Source: Chloroflexota bacterium (GTDB lineage: Bacteria > Chloroflexota > Dehalococcoidia > UBA2979). Taken from it: DNA of 64,000 bases. This document shows positions 49,362 through 59,254 of this stretch, one piece after another (position 1 is the first letter of the stretch; each line of letters opens with the position of its first letter). The stretch lies in assembly GCA_009840945.1 (NCBI GenBank), contig VXMU01000044.1, positions 15,945-79,944 of the forward strand, read 5' to 3'. The position numbers and the translations under genes are program-made. Below the pieces are notes generated by a model. It was not told the DNA's origin, did no database searches, and saw nothing but the letters and a program-made list of their open reading frames with translations.

Positions 49362-49646
49362 ATGACTGAGACCTTCCCCTACATCGAATCGGACGCCCCC
49401 GTCTCGCACCCCGGCGGGATGCTGGCCGAGGAACTCGAGGTGCGCGGCGTGTCGCAGCGTGAGCTCGCGAGGCGCATCGGACGGCCGTTCCAGGTCATCA
49501 ACGAGATCGTGCGAGGGCTCAGGGCGATTACGCCGGAGATCGCGCGGCAGCTTGAGGGCGAGTTCGGGACACCCGCGTACCTCTGGCTCGGTCTGCAGGC
49601 CAAGTACGACGACGATGCCGCCCGCCGCAAGAGCCCCGGATCGTAG
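49362..49646 (+). CDS. HigA-family antitoxin-like HTH (XRE) protein, orphan
   Basis: ..GGMLAEELEVRGVSQRELARRIGRPFQVINEIVRGLRAITPEIARQLEGEFG..; no higB-like ORF upstream. Confidence 0.7.
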   Translation: MTETFPYIESDAPVSHPGGMLAEELEVRGVSQRELARRIGRPFQVINEIVRGLRAITPEIARQLEGEFGTPAYLWLGLQAKYDDDAARRKSPGS

Positions 49647-49719
49647 CGGCCACTCCCCACTCCCCCGCCGCGTGCCGTAGCCTGCGCACGGGCGCAGTGG
49701 CGCCGCGCGAGGGGAGTGC

Positions 49720-50460
49720 GTGATGGGCAGGCTCGAAGGCAAGGTGGCGCTGATCAGCGGCGGCGCGCGCGGACAGGGCGCCGACGAGGCCCGGCTGTTC
49801 GCCGCCGAGGGCGCCGAGGTCGTCCTCACCGACGTCCTCGACGACGAGGGCGAGCAGGTCGCGGCCGAGGTGGGCGGCGCGTACCTCCACCACGACGTCA
49901 CCAGCGAGGACGAGTGGGCCGCCGCAGTGGCGCGGACGGTCGAGCTGTATGGCGGCCTCGACGTGCTCATCAACAACGCCGGCATCTACGTCAGCACGCC
50001 GCTCATCGGCGGGAACCTGGACGACTACAAGCGCGTGATCGACGTCAACCAGGTCGGCGTGTTCCTAGGGATGCGCGAGGCGGCGCCGGCGATGATCGAG
50101 CGCGGCGGCGGCTCGATCGTGAACATCTCCTCGGTCGCCGGGCTGCGCGGCGGGGGCGGCGCGTTCGGCTACACGGCCAGCAAGTGGGCCGTGCGAGGCA
50201 TGACGAAGGCTGCGGCGGTGGCGCTCGGCCCGCACAACATCCGGGTCAACTCGATCCACCCGGGACTCATCGACACCGCGATGCTGCACCAGCTCCCGAA
50301 CGTCGAGGCGGGCAACCTGGACCAGATGGTGCGCCGCATCCCGCTGGGCCGCATCGCCGAGGCGATGGAGGTCGCGAAGCTCGCGCTCTACCTCGCCTCC
50401 GACGACAGCGAGTACAGCACCGGCTCCGAGTTCATCATCGACGGCGGCCTCACGGCCTGA
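49720..50460 (+). CDS. SDR-family oxidoreductase
   Basis: TGxxxGxG (ISGGARGQG), NNAG, and catalytic YxxxK (YTASK). Confidence 0.85.
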   Translation: MMGRLEGKVALISGGARGQGADEARLFAAEGAEVVLTDVLDDEGEQVAAEVGGAYLHHDVTSEDEWAAAVARTVELYGGLDVLINNAGIYVSTPLIGGNLDDYKRVIDVNQVGVFLGMREAAPAMIERGGGSIVNISSVAGLRGGGGAFGYTASKWAVRGMTKAAAVALGPHNIRVNSIHPGLIDTAMLHQLPNVEAGNLDQMVRRIPLGRIAEAMEVAKLALYLASDDSEYSTGSEFIIDGGLTA

Positions 50461-50479
50461 CGCGCGAGGAGGTCGAGCG

Positions 50480-51331
50480 ATGGCCGAGTACCAGTCCACC
50501 GTGCTGCTCGACGGCCTGCGCTTCGGCGAGGGGCCACGGTGGCGCGACGGCAAGCTGTGGTTCTCCGACATGCAGCGCTACCAGGTCATGACCGTCGACC
50601 CCGACGGCAACGCCGAGGTCGTCGTCCACGTCCCCGAGCGCCCGTCCGGCCTCGGCTGGCGGCCCGACGGGACGCTGCTCATCGTCTCGATGGAAGACCG
50701 CAAGCTGATGCGCCACGTCCCGCCCGACGGCCTCGAGGAGGTCGCGGACCTTTCGTCGGTGGCGACGTGGCACTGCAACGACATGGTCGTCGACGCCCGG
50801 GGGCGCGCCTACGTCGGCAACTTCGGCTCGGACACCCTATCCGGCGACGAGGTGAGCCCCGCCGCGATTGCGCTGGTCACCGAAGACAACGAGGTGCGCA
50901 TGGCGGCGGACAACCTCGAGTTCCCCAACGGGACGGTCATCAGCCCGGACGGACGCACGCTGATCGTCGCGGAGAGCCGCGGAGGGCGGCTGACCGCGTT
51001 CGATGTCGCCGACGACGGCGGGCTTTCGGGGCGGCGCGTCTTCGCCGACTTCGACGAGGTATCGCCCGACGGGATCTGCCTGGACGCCGAGGGCGGGGTG
51101 TGGGTCAGCAACCCGCTCGCGCCGGAGTGCATCCGCGTCCTCGAGGGCGGCGAGGTCACGGACCGCGTCTCCACCGAGCACAACACCTACGCCTGCATGC
51201 TCGGCGGCGACGGCGGGACGACGCTCTACATCTGCTCGGCGGACGCCAACGAAGCGGACTGGTCCGCCAATCAGGCATCCGGGTTCATCGAGGTGGTCGA
51301 GGTGGCGGTCCCGCACGCGGGGCTGCCGTAG
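50480..51331 (+). CDS. SMP-30/gluconolactonase/LRE-like beta-propeller protein
   Basis: ..LLDGLRFGEGPRWRDGKLWFSDMQ..; repeated ..G.DG..Y.. propeller segments. Confidence 0.75.
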   Translation: MAEYQSTVLLDGLRFGEGPRWRDGKLWFSDMQRYQVMTVDPDGNAEVVVHVPERPSGLGWRPDGTLLIVSMEDRKLMRHVPPDGLEEVADLSSVATWHCNDMVVDARGRAYVGNFGSDTLSGDEVSPAAIALVTEDNEVRMAADNLEFPNGTVISPDGRTLIVAESRGGRLTAFDVADDGGLSGRRVFADFDEVSPDGICLDAEGGVWVSNPLAPECIRVLEGGEVTDRVSTEHNTYACMLGGDGGTTLYICSADANEADWSANQASGFIEVVEVAVPHAGLP

Positions 51332-51394
51332 GGGTGACGCGCAGGAGGGCGGCCGAAGCCGCCCTCCCGCATCGGCGAGCCGAGGCGCGGGGCG

Positions 51395-53200
51395 CTACTC
51401 GTACCAGCCGGAACCGAAGAGCAGGCCGTCGTAGCGCACGGCCCACGTGTGCTTCGTCTGGATCTGCCCGGCCTCGGGGTTGAGGAACCGGTAGGTGATC
51501 CACCGGCCCTGCTCCGAGGCGTCGGCCACGACCGGGCCGTAGAAGAAGCCCGTGATGTCCGTGCGTGTCGCCGGGTCGCGGAGGTAGCCGCCGCGACGCT
51601 CGGGCACGGGCGCGTGCGCGATCACGATGTCGCTCTCGTCCGCGATGAACACGTACCACTGCCCGTCGATGCTGGCGGGCGAGTTGTAGAACGCGACCGT
51701 GGCCTCGCGGCCATTGTCGATGTAGAACTGGACCGCCTGGTCCACGAAGTGCTTCGTGAAGATGTCCGGCTGTGACTTGGTGGGGATCGGGGCGCTCACG
51801 TCCGTTACCTCGTACCAGCCGGAGCCGAACAGCAGGCCGTGGCGTCGGACCACCCAGGTGTGCTTGGTCTCTTCCTGCCCGGTGGCCGGGTTGAGGTAGA
51901 CGTAGCTCACCCAGCGGCCGTTCTCCCCGGCCGCGGCCATGACGGGCCCGAACGCGTAGCCGGTGCTGTCGATGCCGAGGTCCTCGATGAGCGAGAGCCC
52001 CACGTTCTGGGGGAGGGTCGCGTGCGAGATCATGATGTTGTCCTCATCGGTGATGAAGACGTACCACTCGCCGTCGACGCTCTCCTCGGTGTTGTAGTAC
52101 GCGATGGTCGCCTCGCGCCCCTGGATGTCGTGGCGGTTGAGGGCCTGCTGCACGACGTACTTCGTGTACGCGTCCACATCCTCGCGGTCGGGCGCCAGCG
52201 TCTCGGGCACCTCGGGCGTCTCGTAGTAGCCGGAGACGAAGATCAACCCGTCGTGCCGCACGGCCCAGAGGTGCTTGATCTGATCGAGGCCGGTCACCGG
52301 GTTGGGCAACGTTGCGGTCACCCACCGCCCCTGGCCGGTGGCGGCCGCGACGATCTCGCCGAAGAAGTAACCGGCGGAGTCCGAGGACTCCTCGGGGTCG
52401 AGCAGGTTGTCGCCGACCTCCTCGGGTCGCGCCGGATGGACCACCAGGTTGTTGAACTCGTCGGCGACGACGACGTACCACTCTCCATCGACGGTGTCGG
52501 CGCGGTTGAAGTACCCGAGCGTGGCCTGGCGGCCCTCGGCGTCGTAGTAGTTGATGGCCTGCTGCACGATGTACTTGGCGTAGGCGTCGCCGTCCTCCTG
52601 CGAGGGGGCTGCATCCTCGGCGGTCTCGTCAGCCTCGGGGTCCTCCTCGGGAAGCGGGAGGACCGGGCTGGACTCGGCCTCATCGTCGTACCAGCTGGAG
52701 CCGAAGATCTGGCCCTTGTGGCGCACGACCCACGAGTTCGTCGTCTGCTCGCGCAGGCTCCTCGTCGGGTTCTTGCTCGTGTACGTGACCCATCGGCCGG
52801 ATTCGGAAGCGGAAGCGATCACCGGGCCGTAGGGATATCCGTTCTTGTCGACCAGTCCGCGCACGTCGGTGCCGATCAGGTCCTGGCGGCTCGGGTGGAT
52901 GGCGCGGATCGTGTAGTCCTCGCCGACGATGAAGATGAACCACTGACCCTCGACGCTCTCCCGGGTGTTGAAGTAGCGCAGCGCCGAGGCCTGGCCCTGT
53001 TCGTCGTAGCGCGCGATGGCCTGCTCGACCACGTGCTTGGTGTAGGCGTCGGGGTCTTCCGTCGAGGGCGCGCCGTCTCCGAGCCCCTCGCAACCGATGG
53101 CCGCAACGAGCGCGAGCATTGCCGCGATGAGCACCATGCCCCGGGCGATCGGCCTGACTGGTGCGGGCACGCGGCCCACCGAAAACGCACTCAACATCAC
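51395..53200 (-). CDS. Lipoprotein composed of four tandem ~140-aa sCache_2-like extracellular sensor repeats, with no transmembrane or output domain
   Basis: Four repeats of the pattern YxK..V.QA...YD..G......YFN...SVDG.WY.F......N.......P...G.......D..G.......V..A...G.WV.Y...NP......K..W.V.....F.SGWY; lipobox AAIGC; lower GC. Confidence 0.6.
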   Translation of the reverse strand: MMLSAFSVGRVPAPVRPIARGMVLIAAMLALVAAIGCEGLGDGAPSTEDPDAYTKHVVEQAIARYDEQGQASALRYFNTRESVEGQWFIFIVGEDYTIRAIHPSRQDLIGTDVRGLVDKNGYPYGPVIASASESGRWVTYTSKNPTRSLREQTTNSWVVRHKGQIFGSSWYDDEAESSPVLPLPEEDPEADETAEDAAPSQEDGDAYAKYIVQQAINYYDAEGRQATLGYFNRADTVDGEWYVVVADEFNNLVVHPARPEEVGDNLLDPEESSDSAGYFFGEIVAAATGQGRWVTATLPNPVTGLDQIKHLWAVRHDGLIFVSGYYETPEVPETLAPDREDVDAYTKYVVQQALNRHDIQGREATIAYYNTEESVDGEWYVFITDEDNIMISHATLPQNVGLSLIEDLGIDSTGYAFGPVMAAAGENGRWVSYVYLNPATGQEETKHTWVVRRHGLLFGSGWYEVTDVSAPIPTKSQPDIFTKHFVDQAVQFYIDNGREATVAFYNSPASIDGQWYVFIADESDIVIAHAPVPERRGGYLRDPATRTDITGFFYGPVVADASEQGRWITYRFLNPEAGQIQTKHTWAVRYDGLLFGSGWYE

Positions 53201-53377
53201 GCCGTCCCTTTCGACCCCTCGTACTCTGCCCGCGCCCGGCGTCGTCCCGCGTCGGAGGGAGCGCTACCGCGGCGCAGCGCGCACCGAAGGCAATGTTCGA
53301 CCGCCGGGCGAGTATACTCCCGCCGACGTTGAGCGCCCCGCGCGCATGGCGGGGAACGGTAGAACGGCGGATCCGTC

Positions 53378-54196
53378 ATGACGGCAACCATCAACCCCGG
53401 CGGGCTCCTCGCGGGCAAGACCGCCATCGTGACCGGCGCCTCGCGCGGCATCGGCGAGGCGATCGCGATTCGCTACGCCATGGAGGGCGCGCGCGTGGCC
53501 GTGGCCGCGCGCACGGTCAACGAGGGCGACCACCGGCTGCTCGCCGGCAGCATCACGGGCGTCGCCGGCCGCATCAACGACGCCGGCGGCGCCGCGCTCG
53601 CGGTCCAGTGCAACCTCGCGGACGCCGAGGACCGCGCGAACCTCGTCGCGACGACCGAGCGCGAGCTCGGCCCGGTCGACATCCTGGTGAACAACGGGGC
53701 GGTGACCTACTACATCTCCGTCGACGAGTTCCCGGAGAGCCGCTTCAAGATCATGATGGAGGTGCAGGTCTACGCGGCCATGCACCTCTGCCAGCTCGTG
53801 CTGCCGGGGATGCGGGAGCGCAAGTCCGGGTGGATCGTGAACATGTCGTCCGGGGCGGCCATCCTTCCGGACCTCGACGGGACCATCAACAACGGCACCA
53901 TCTACGGGATGTGCAAGGCCGCGCTGGAGCGCTTCAGCTCCGGCCTCGCGACCGAGACGCGCGACGACGGGATTGCCGTCAACGCGATCCGGCCGGGCCT
54001 CGTCGCCACCCCGGGGGTCGAGTACTTCGGCATGATCACCGACGCGAACCGCGACATGGTCACGCCCGTCGAGGACGTCGCCGAGGCCTCGCTGCAGCTC
54101 GCGCACGGCGACCCCTCGAGCCTCTCAGGCCGCGTCGTCACCGCCTCCGGCATGCTCGAGGAGTTCGACCTGACGGCCCCCGATCTCGACCTGTAG
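53378..54196 (+). CDS. SDR-family oxidoreductase
   Basis: TGASRGIGEA, NNGA, YGMCK. Confidence 0.85.
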   Translation: MTATINPGGLLAGKTAIVTGASRGIGEAIAIRYAMEGARVAVAARTVNEGDHRLLAGSITGVAGRINDAGGAALAVQCNLADAEDRANLVATTERELGPVDILVNNGAVTYYISVDEFPESRFKIMMEVQVYAAMHLCQLVLPGMRERKSGWIVNMSSGAAILPDLDGTINNGTIYGMCKAALERFSSGLATETRDDGIAVNAIRPGLVATPGVEYFGMITDANRDMVTPVEDVAEASLQLAHGDPSSLSGRVVTASGMLEEFDLTAPDLDL

Positions 54197-54199
54197 CAG

Positions 54200-54467
54200 G
54201 CTCTCGCTCTGCCCTCCGATCCCCTCTCCCCCCCGCGGGGGACAGGGCTGGGGGGTCTGGTCTGGGCAGGGTGCGAGCAGCTATCCCGAAGCTCGCCGGA
54301 CCCTCACACCAGCCGTCTGATCCCCTCGCCCCCGTCTGCGGGGGAGAGGGTTAGGGTGAGGGGGCCTGATCCGCGAGCGAGCAGCCGTCGAGGCGCCCGC
54401 AGACCCTCACCCCCCGCCCTCTCCCGCAGTGCGGGAGAGGGGGCCAGACAAGGGAGAGGGAGCCGGA
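54200..54467. repeat. GC-rich nested palindromic intergenic repeat element, locus 3
   Basis: ..cccctctcccccccgcggggga.., cccgtctgcgggggagagggttagggtgagggggcc, gaccctcaccccccgccctctcccgcagtgcgggagagggggcc; between convergent genes. Confidence 0.7.
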
Positions 54468-55751
54468 CTAGACCACGGCGCCGGAGGCACGGTAGTCCGC
54501 GATCTCGGTGTCGTTGAGGCCCAGCTCGTGCAGCACCTCGTCGGTGTGGTGGCCCAGCGGCGGGCTGGCGAGGACGTTGTCGCTGGGTGTGCCGCCCATC
54601 GTCACGGCCGGACCCACCATCAGCTCCGGCCCGGTCGTCGCGTGCTCGACTTCCATCATGTAGCCCATCGCCTGCACCTGCGGGTCCTCCGCCATCATGT
54701 CCGGGATGTTCACCTTCGAGACGGGCGCGCCCTCGGCGTCGAAGCGCTCGATCCACTCGTCCATCGTGCGAGTGCGCATGATGGCGCGGATGCGCTCGTA
54801 GACCTCGTCGACCCGCGCGTTGGCGTCGGGTGCGAAGGCGTCGAAGTTCTCATCGGCCGTCGGGTCGTCGTCGATGCCGATCGCGCGCCGCATCTGGTCG
54901 CGGTTCGCCGGGGTGAGCGCGCCGAGGACGATCCCGCCGTCCTGCACCACGTAGCCGCCGTAGTACAGCCGCCCCGCGCTGTAGCCGAGCGCCGAGAACA
55001 TGTCGCCGCGGGCGTTCAGGATCTCGTCGTAGGAGCCGCCCGCCTCCTGTACGTCCTCGATGCGCTGCCGCACCTGGTCCCCGACCATCGCCTCGTAGAC
55101 CGGGACGCGGCTGACCACGTAGTTCTGCACCGCGAGCCCGACCTGTAGCAGCGAGCTCTCCAGGTACTGACCCTCACCGGTGCGCTCGCGGTGGAAGAGC
55201 GCGGCGCAGATGCCCATCGCGCCCGCCATGCCGGCGGTGAAGTCCGCGGGGGCGGTGGCCGAGATCGGCTGCGGCGCGCCGAACTCGTCCGTCTTCGCGT
55301 CGCCGGCCATGAGCCCGGAGTACGCCTGCGCGACAATGTCGGAGCCCGAGCGCTGCGCGCTGGGCCCGGAGCGGCCGAAGCCGCTGTTCTCGAAGTACAC
55401 GAGGTCCGGGCGGTGCTGCCTCAGCGTCTCGTAGTCGACCCCGAGCCGCTCCGGCACGCCGGGGCGCGAGTTGATGACGAAAACGTCGAATGACGGGATG
55501 ATGCGATACACCAGCTCACGCCCACGGTCGTGCGCCAGGTCGATGACCAGGCTGCGCTTGCCGCGGTTGAGCGCGTGGAAGAACTTGCTCTCGCCCGGCG
55601 CGAACGCAGCGGAGACGCGCGTGCCGTCGCCCGAGGGCGGTTCCACCTTGATCACGTCGGCGCCCAGGTCGGCGAGATTCAGCCCACAGAAGGGCCCGGC
55701 GAGAATCTGCGTGACCTCGAATACCTTGATGCCGTCGAGCGTCCCGGCCAT
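54468..55751 (-). CDS. CoA-transferase family III (CaiB/BaiF; formyl-CoA-transferase-like) protein
   Basis: ..IKVFEVTQILAGPFCGLNLADLGADVIKVEPP.. N-terminus and a full CaiB fold. Confidence 0.85.
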   Translation of the reverse strand: MAGTLDGIKVFEVTQILAGPFCGLNLADLGADVIKVEPPSGDGTRVSAAFAPGESKFFHALNRGKRSLVIDLAHDRGRELVYRIIPSFDVFVINSRPGVPERLGVDYETLRQHRPDLVYFENSGFGRSGPSAQRSGSDIVAQAYSGLMAGDAKTDEFGAPQPISATAPADFTAGMAGAMGICAALFHRERTGEGQYLESSLLQVGLAVQNYVVSRVPVYEAMVGDQVRQRIEDVQEAGGSYDEILNARGDMFSALGYSAGRLYYGGYVVQDGGIVLGALTPANRDQMRRAIGIDDDPTADENFDAFAPDANARVDEVYERIRAIMRTRTMDEWIERFDAEGAPVSKVNIPDMMAEDPQVQAMGYMMEVEHATTGPELMVGPAVTMGGTPSDNVLASPPLGHHTDEVLHELGLNDTEIADYRASGAVV

Positions 55752-55820
55752 GGTTGCTCACCCCCAGCGTGCGGCGCGCGGTGTCCCGCGCCCGGTGCAG
55801 CGCGAGCCTAACGGACAGGG

Positions 55821-57062
55821 ATGAGCGTGCGCATCCACCAGGGCGTGGTCATCGCGTTCGTCGTTTTCCTGTCGTTCACGCTCACGGTCGGCATCACCCA
55901 GTACTCGTTCGGCGTCTTCGTCACGGATCTCGAGGGCGACCTCGGGTGGAGCCGCGCGGAGATCACCGCGGCGGTGTCGTTCTTCGCGCTCGTCGGGATC
56001 TTCTCGCTGCCGGCCGGGTGGCTGCTGGACCGCTACGGCGCGCGGCCGGTGATGGCGGCCTCGCTCACCGCGCTGGCAGTGAGCTACCTGCTGCGCCCGT
56101 TGATGACCGAGGTCTGGCAGTTCTACGCGCTGAACGCGATCCAGTTCGCGGCCATGCCCGGCGCGGTCATCATCACCGCCGGCCGGGTCGTCGGTGAGTG
56201 GTTCGAGGCGAGCCGCGGGCGAGCGATGGGCCTGACCGCGATGGGCGCGAACTTCGGCGGCATCATCTTCTCCTCGCTCACCGCGACGCTCATCACGACC
56301 ATCGGCTGGCGCTCCTCGTACTTCGTCTACGGGCTGCTCTTCGCCGCGCTGGTGCCCGTCGTGATCCTCGTGGTGCGCGACCGGCGGAGCGCCGTCGACG
56401 AGGGGGGCGAGGAGGCAGGTGACCACGACCCGGCCCTGGGCGGCGCCACCGTTGCCCAGGCGCTCCGCAGCCGCCCGTTCTGGCTCGTCACGCTCGCGCT
56501 CGTGCTGGCGACCATGACCTACGGCTCGGTTTTGCCGCAGGTGGTGCCGCACCTGGAGAACGAGGGCGTCTCGAAGACCTCGGCGGCCGCGGCGCTCAGC
56601 CTGTTCGCGCTGTTCGGGATGTGCGGCAAGGTCTCGTTCGGGTGGATGACGGAGCGGCTGCCCTCGCGCTACGTGATGGCGGCGAGCATCGCCTGCCAGG
56701 TGACGGGCCTCTGGGTGCTCCTCGCCGCGGGGTCGGCGTCATGGTTCTGGGCAGCGGTGCCGGTGTTCGGGCTGGGCTTCGGCGCGCTGGGCGCACTGAT
56801 GCCGCTGCTGGTGCAGGAGACGTTCGGGCTGCGCGCCTTCGGCACCATCTTCGGGCTCATCAACTTCGCGACGCTCGGCTCGGCCCTCGCGGGACCGCTG
56901 TGGGTCGGCGCATCGTTCGAGGAGACCGGCTCGTACCGCTTCGCGTTCATGGCGCTCTCGGTCGCGTTCGTCGTCGCGGCCGCCACGGTCGCCTTCGCGC
57001 GCCCGTACACCGGCCCCTCGGCGCGCCCCACCGCCGCGCCCGCCACCGCCGACGCCTCGTAG
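55821..57062 (+). CDS. MFS transporter, oxalate:formate antiporter (OFA)-like subfamily
   Basis: 413-aa, 12-TM protein; N-terminus typical of OFA-type MFS. Confidence 0.7.
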   Translation: MSVRIHQGVVIAFVVFLSFTLTVGITQYSFGVFVTDLEGDLGWSRAEITAAVSFFALVGIFSLPAGWLLDRYGARPVMAASLTALAVSYLLRPLMTEVWQFYALNAIQFAAMPGAVIITAGRVVGEWFEASRGRAMGLTAMGANFGGIIFSSLTATLITTIGWRSSYFVYGLLFAALVPVVILVVRDRRSAVDEGGEEAGDHDPALGGATVAQALRSRPFWLVTLALVLATMTYGSVLPQVVPHLENEGVSKTSAAAALSLFALFGMCGKVSFGWMTERLPSRYVMAASIACQVTGLWVLLAAGSASWFWAAVPVFGLGFGALGALMPLLVQETFGLRAFGTIFGLINFATLGSALAGPLWVGASFEETGSYRFAFMALSVAFVVAAATVAFARPYTGPSARPTAAPATADAS

Positions 57063-57149
57063 CGCCCGGGGCGGCGCGGCGCACCGGGCATGCGAAGGGG
57101 CGGCGCCTCGCGACGCCGCCCCTCGTGATACCGGCCCGAGGGCTCCCCG

Positions 57150-59048
57150 CTACTTGTCGATCCAGGCGTTGAACGCCTCGTACCCCGTGTCGAGGTAGAA
57201 GTGCCCGCTGCCGATCGGGCGGATGTAGCGCACCGCGCGCAGCCATGGCTGCTGGAGGTACGCGGCGTATCCGCTCGGCTTCTCGATGCGGTAGACCTGG
57301 TCCAGCACCTTGTTCCAGACGTTGCGGGCCAGCTCGGTCCGCGCGTCCGGGTCGAGCTCGACCTGGTGCTGCTCGGCCCAGGCGTCGATCTCGGGGTCGT
57401 TGATGCGGTTGCGGTTCCCGCCCGAACCCGAGTGGTTGAGCCCGAAGACGTAGTGGTCGGCCGTCGGGCTGAACGACGCCCAGCCGTCGAAGGACTCGGA
57501 CTCGCCGGAGCGCGTCGTCCACTGCGAGTTGTACTCGGTGTAGTCGACGGCGTTGGCGTTGAGCTTCATGCCCACGCGCCGGAACTGGTCGATCAGCACC
57601 TCGTTCTGGAGGCTGTTCGAGGTGTTGCTGTAGTTGTAGTAGACGAGGTCGAACTCGAGCTCTTCCGCGCCCGCCGCGGCGAGCAGCTTCTTCGACTCCT
57701 CCGGAGCATGGCGCCACCAGTTGCCGAGCGTGCCGTTCTCCACGGACGGCTCGTCCTCCCAGAAGAAGCGCCAGTCCATCTGCGGCAGCACGATGCCCGC
57801 GCCGGAGTAGATCACGTCGAGGATCTCCTCGCGGTCGTAGGCCAGCGAGATGCCGCGGCGGATGCGCTCGTCCTCCCACTTCGGCAGGTCCAGGTTGAAG
57901 TTGAGCGCGAACGTCGAGGCGAAAATCGGGGCCGAGAAGTACTGCGTCTCCGGGTTCGTCTCGAGGATGTTCTCAAGCTCGTCGGACGTGGCCGCGGACA
58001 TCCCGAAGTCGTGGTTGCCGACGCGGAACTGCGCCCAGCCGGCAGCCGCGTCGCGCACCAGCGGGAGCTCCCAGCGGTCGATCTTGACCGGCCCGCGGAA
58101 GTAATCCGGGTTCTTGTCGAACGCGCCGCCGACGCCGCCGGTCCAGTGGTCCAGGATCATCGGGCCGGTCCCGATGGCGTTCGAGGTGATCTCGCCGCTG
58201 TCCGCCAGCTCCGGGCCGTGCACCGTGGTGTAGGCCGTGGCGAGCGGGTAGATGAAGTCCGGGGTCGGCTGGTTGAGCGTCACGGCCACCGTCTGGTCGT
58301 CGACCACGTCGATCGAGGCGACCTGCAGGAAGTACGAGCGGTGCGGACTGCCCACGTCCTTGTAGCGGTCCCAGGAGAACTTCACGTCGTGGGCCGTGAG
58401 CGTGCGGCCGTTGACGGGCGGGATGTTGTGGAACTTGACGTCGCCGCGCATGTTGAACGTGTACGTCAGCCCGTCCTCGGAGATCTCCCAGGACTCCGCC
58501 AGCTCGGGGACCAGGTCGTTGCGGGCGTAGGGGTCGGAGTCCCAGCCGCTGTACACGCCCAGTACGCGGTTGTACATGATGTTGACCGCGGTCATGGTGC
58601 CGCCCGCGGCGGCGATGGCCGGGTCCAGCGGGCCGGGGTCGAACGTGAAGCGCTGGGTCATCGTCCCGCCGAACTTCACGGGCTTGTCCGGCTCCGGGAT
58701 CTGGAACGGGACGAAGCGGCCGGCCTCGGTGGTGAAGCCCTCCGCCCGCTTGATCGTGGCGACGGTGTCCTCGTCCTCGACGTCCTCGTCGGTCACCGCG
58801 ACCTGCGCGCCGCCCTCGTCCTCGTCGTCGTCGTCCTGCTGCGCGGCAGCCTGCGCTGTCGCGGCCGCCTGGGCGGTCGCCTGGGCGGCGGGCGCCTGCT
58901 CGTCATCGTCGTCGTCATCGCCGCCGCAGCCGATCAGCGCGGCGGCCGCAAGCCCGACGCCGCCGAGGAGCCCACCGCGCAGCAGCGTGCGGCGGGTCAC
59001 GGTATAGGCGAACGGTGCGTCAAGCCTCTCGTCTGTGTGCTCTGGCAT
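57150..59048 (-). CDS. ABC transporter substrate-binding protein, family 5 (peptide/nickel/opine type), with an acidic low-complexity N-terminal linker
   Basis: Tat/lipoprotein-like signal (RRTLLRGGLLGGVGLAAAALIGC), then an SBP-5 fold; no cognate permease genes adjacent. Confidence 0.8.
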   Translation of the reverse strand: MPEHTDERLDAPFAYTVTRRTLLRGGLLGGVGLAAAALIGCGGDDDDDDEQAPAAQATAQAAATAQAAAQQDDDDEDEGGAQVAVTDEDVEDEDTVATIKRAEGFTTEAGRFVPFQIPEPDKPVKFGGTMTQRFTFDPGPLDPAIAAAGGTMTAVNIMYNRVLGVYSGWDSDPYARNDLVPELAESWEISEDGLTYTFNMRGDVKFHNIPPVNGRTLTAHDVKFSWDRYKDVGSPHRSYFLQVASIDVVDDQTVAVTLNQPTPDFIYPLATAYTTVHGPELADSGEITSNAIGTGPMILDHWTGGVGGAFDKNPDYFRGPVKIDRWELPLVRDAAAGWAQFRVGNHDFGMSAATSDELENILETNPETQYFSAPIFASTFALNFNLDLPKWEDERIRRGISLAYDREEILDVIYSGAGIVLPQMDWRFFWEDEPSVENGTLGNWWRHAPEESKKLLAAAGAEELEFDLVYYNYSNTSNSLQNEVLIDQFRRVGMKLNANAVDYTEYNSQWTTRSGESESFDGWASFSPTADHYVFGLNHSGSGGNRNRINDPEIDAWAEQHQVELDPDARTELARNVWNKVLDQVYRIEKPSGYAAYLQQPWLRAVRYIRPIGSGHFYLDTGYEAFNAWIDK

Positions 59049-59254
59049 GTCATTCTCCTCCCGGCGAGGGATACGCAACGCCCTCACCCGGTCTACACAG
59101 GCGATACGTCCCCGGCTGCCCGCAGGTTTTCTCCCGCAGCGCACGCGAGGACGGCACCGCCGTTCGCGGCATCATAGCAGCGTACGTAAAGGTCCATGCG
59201 TAGGCGCTGTGGGGGATGTGCGCGGCGCCTTCCGCCACGCGCCTCGGTGGCGAG

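Noticed and set aside
49290-49365. Possible higB remnant upstream of higA
   Set aside because: The only ORF overlapping the higA start is ~20 codons (..IEGTPQSSGNCGGGGLP*) with no RelE/ParE-like features; considered coincidental.
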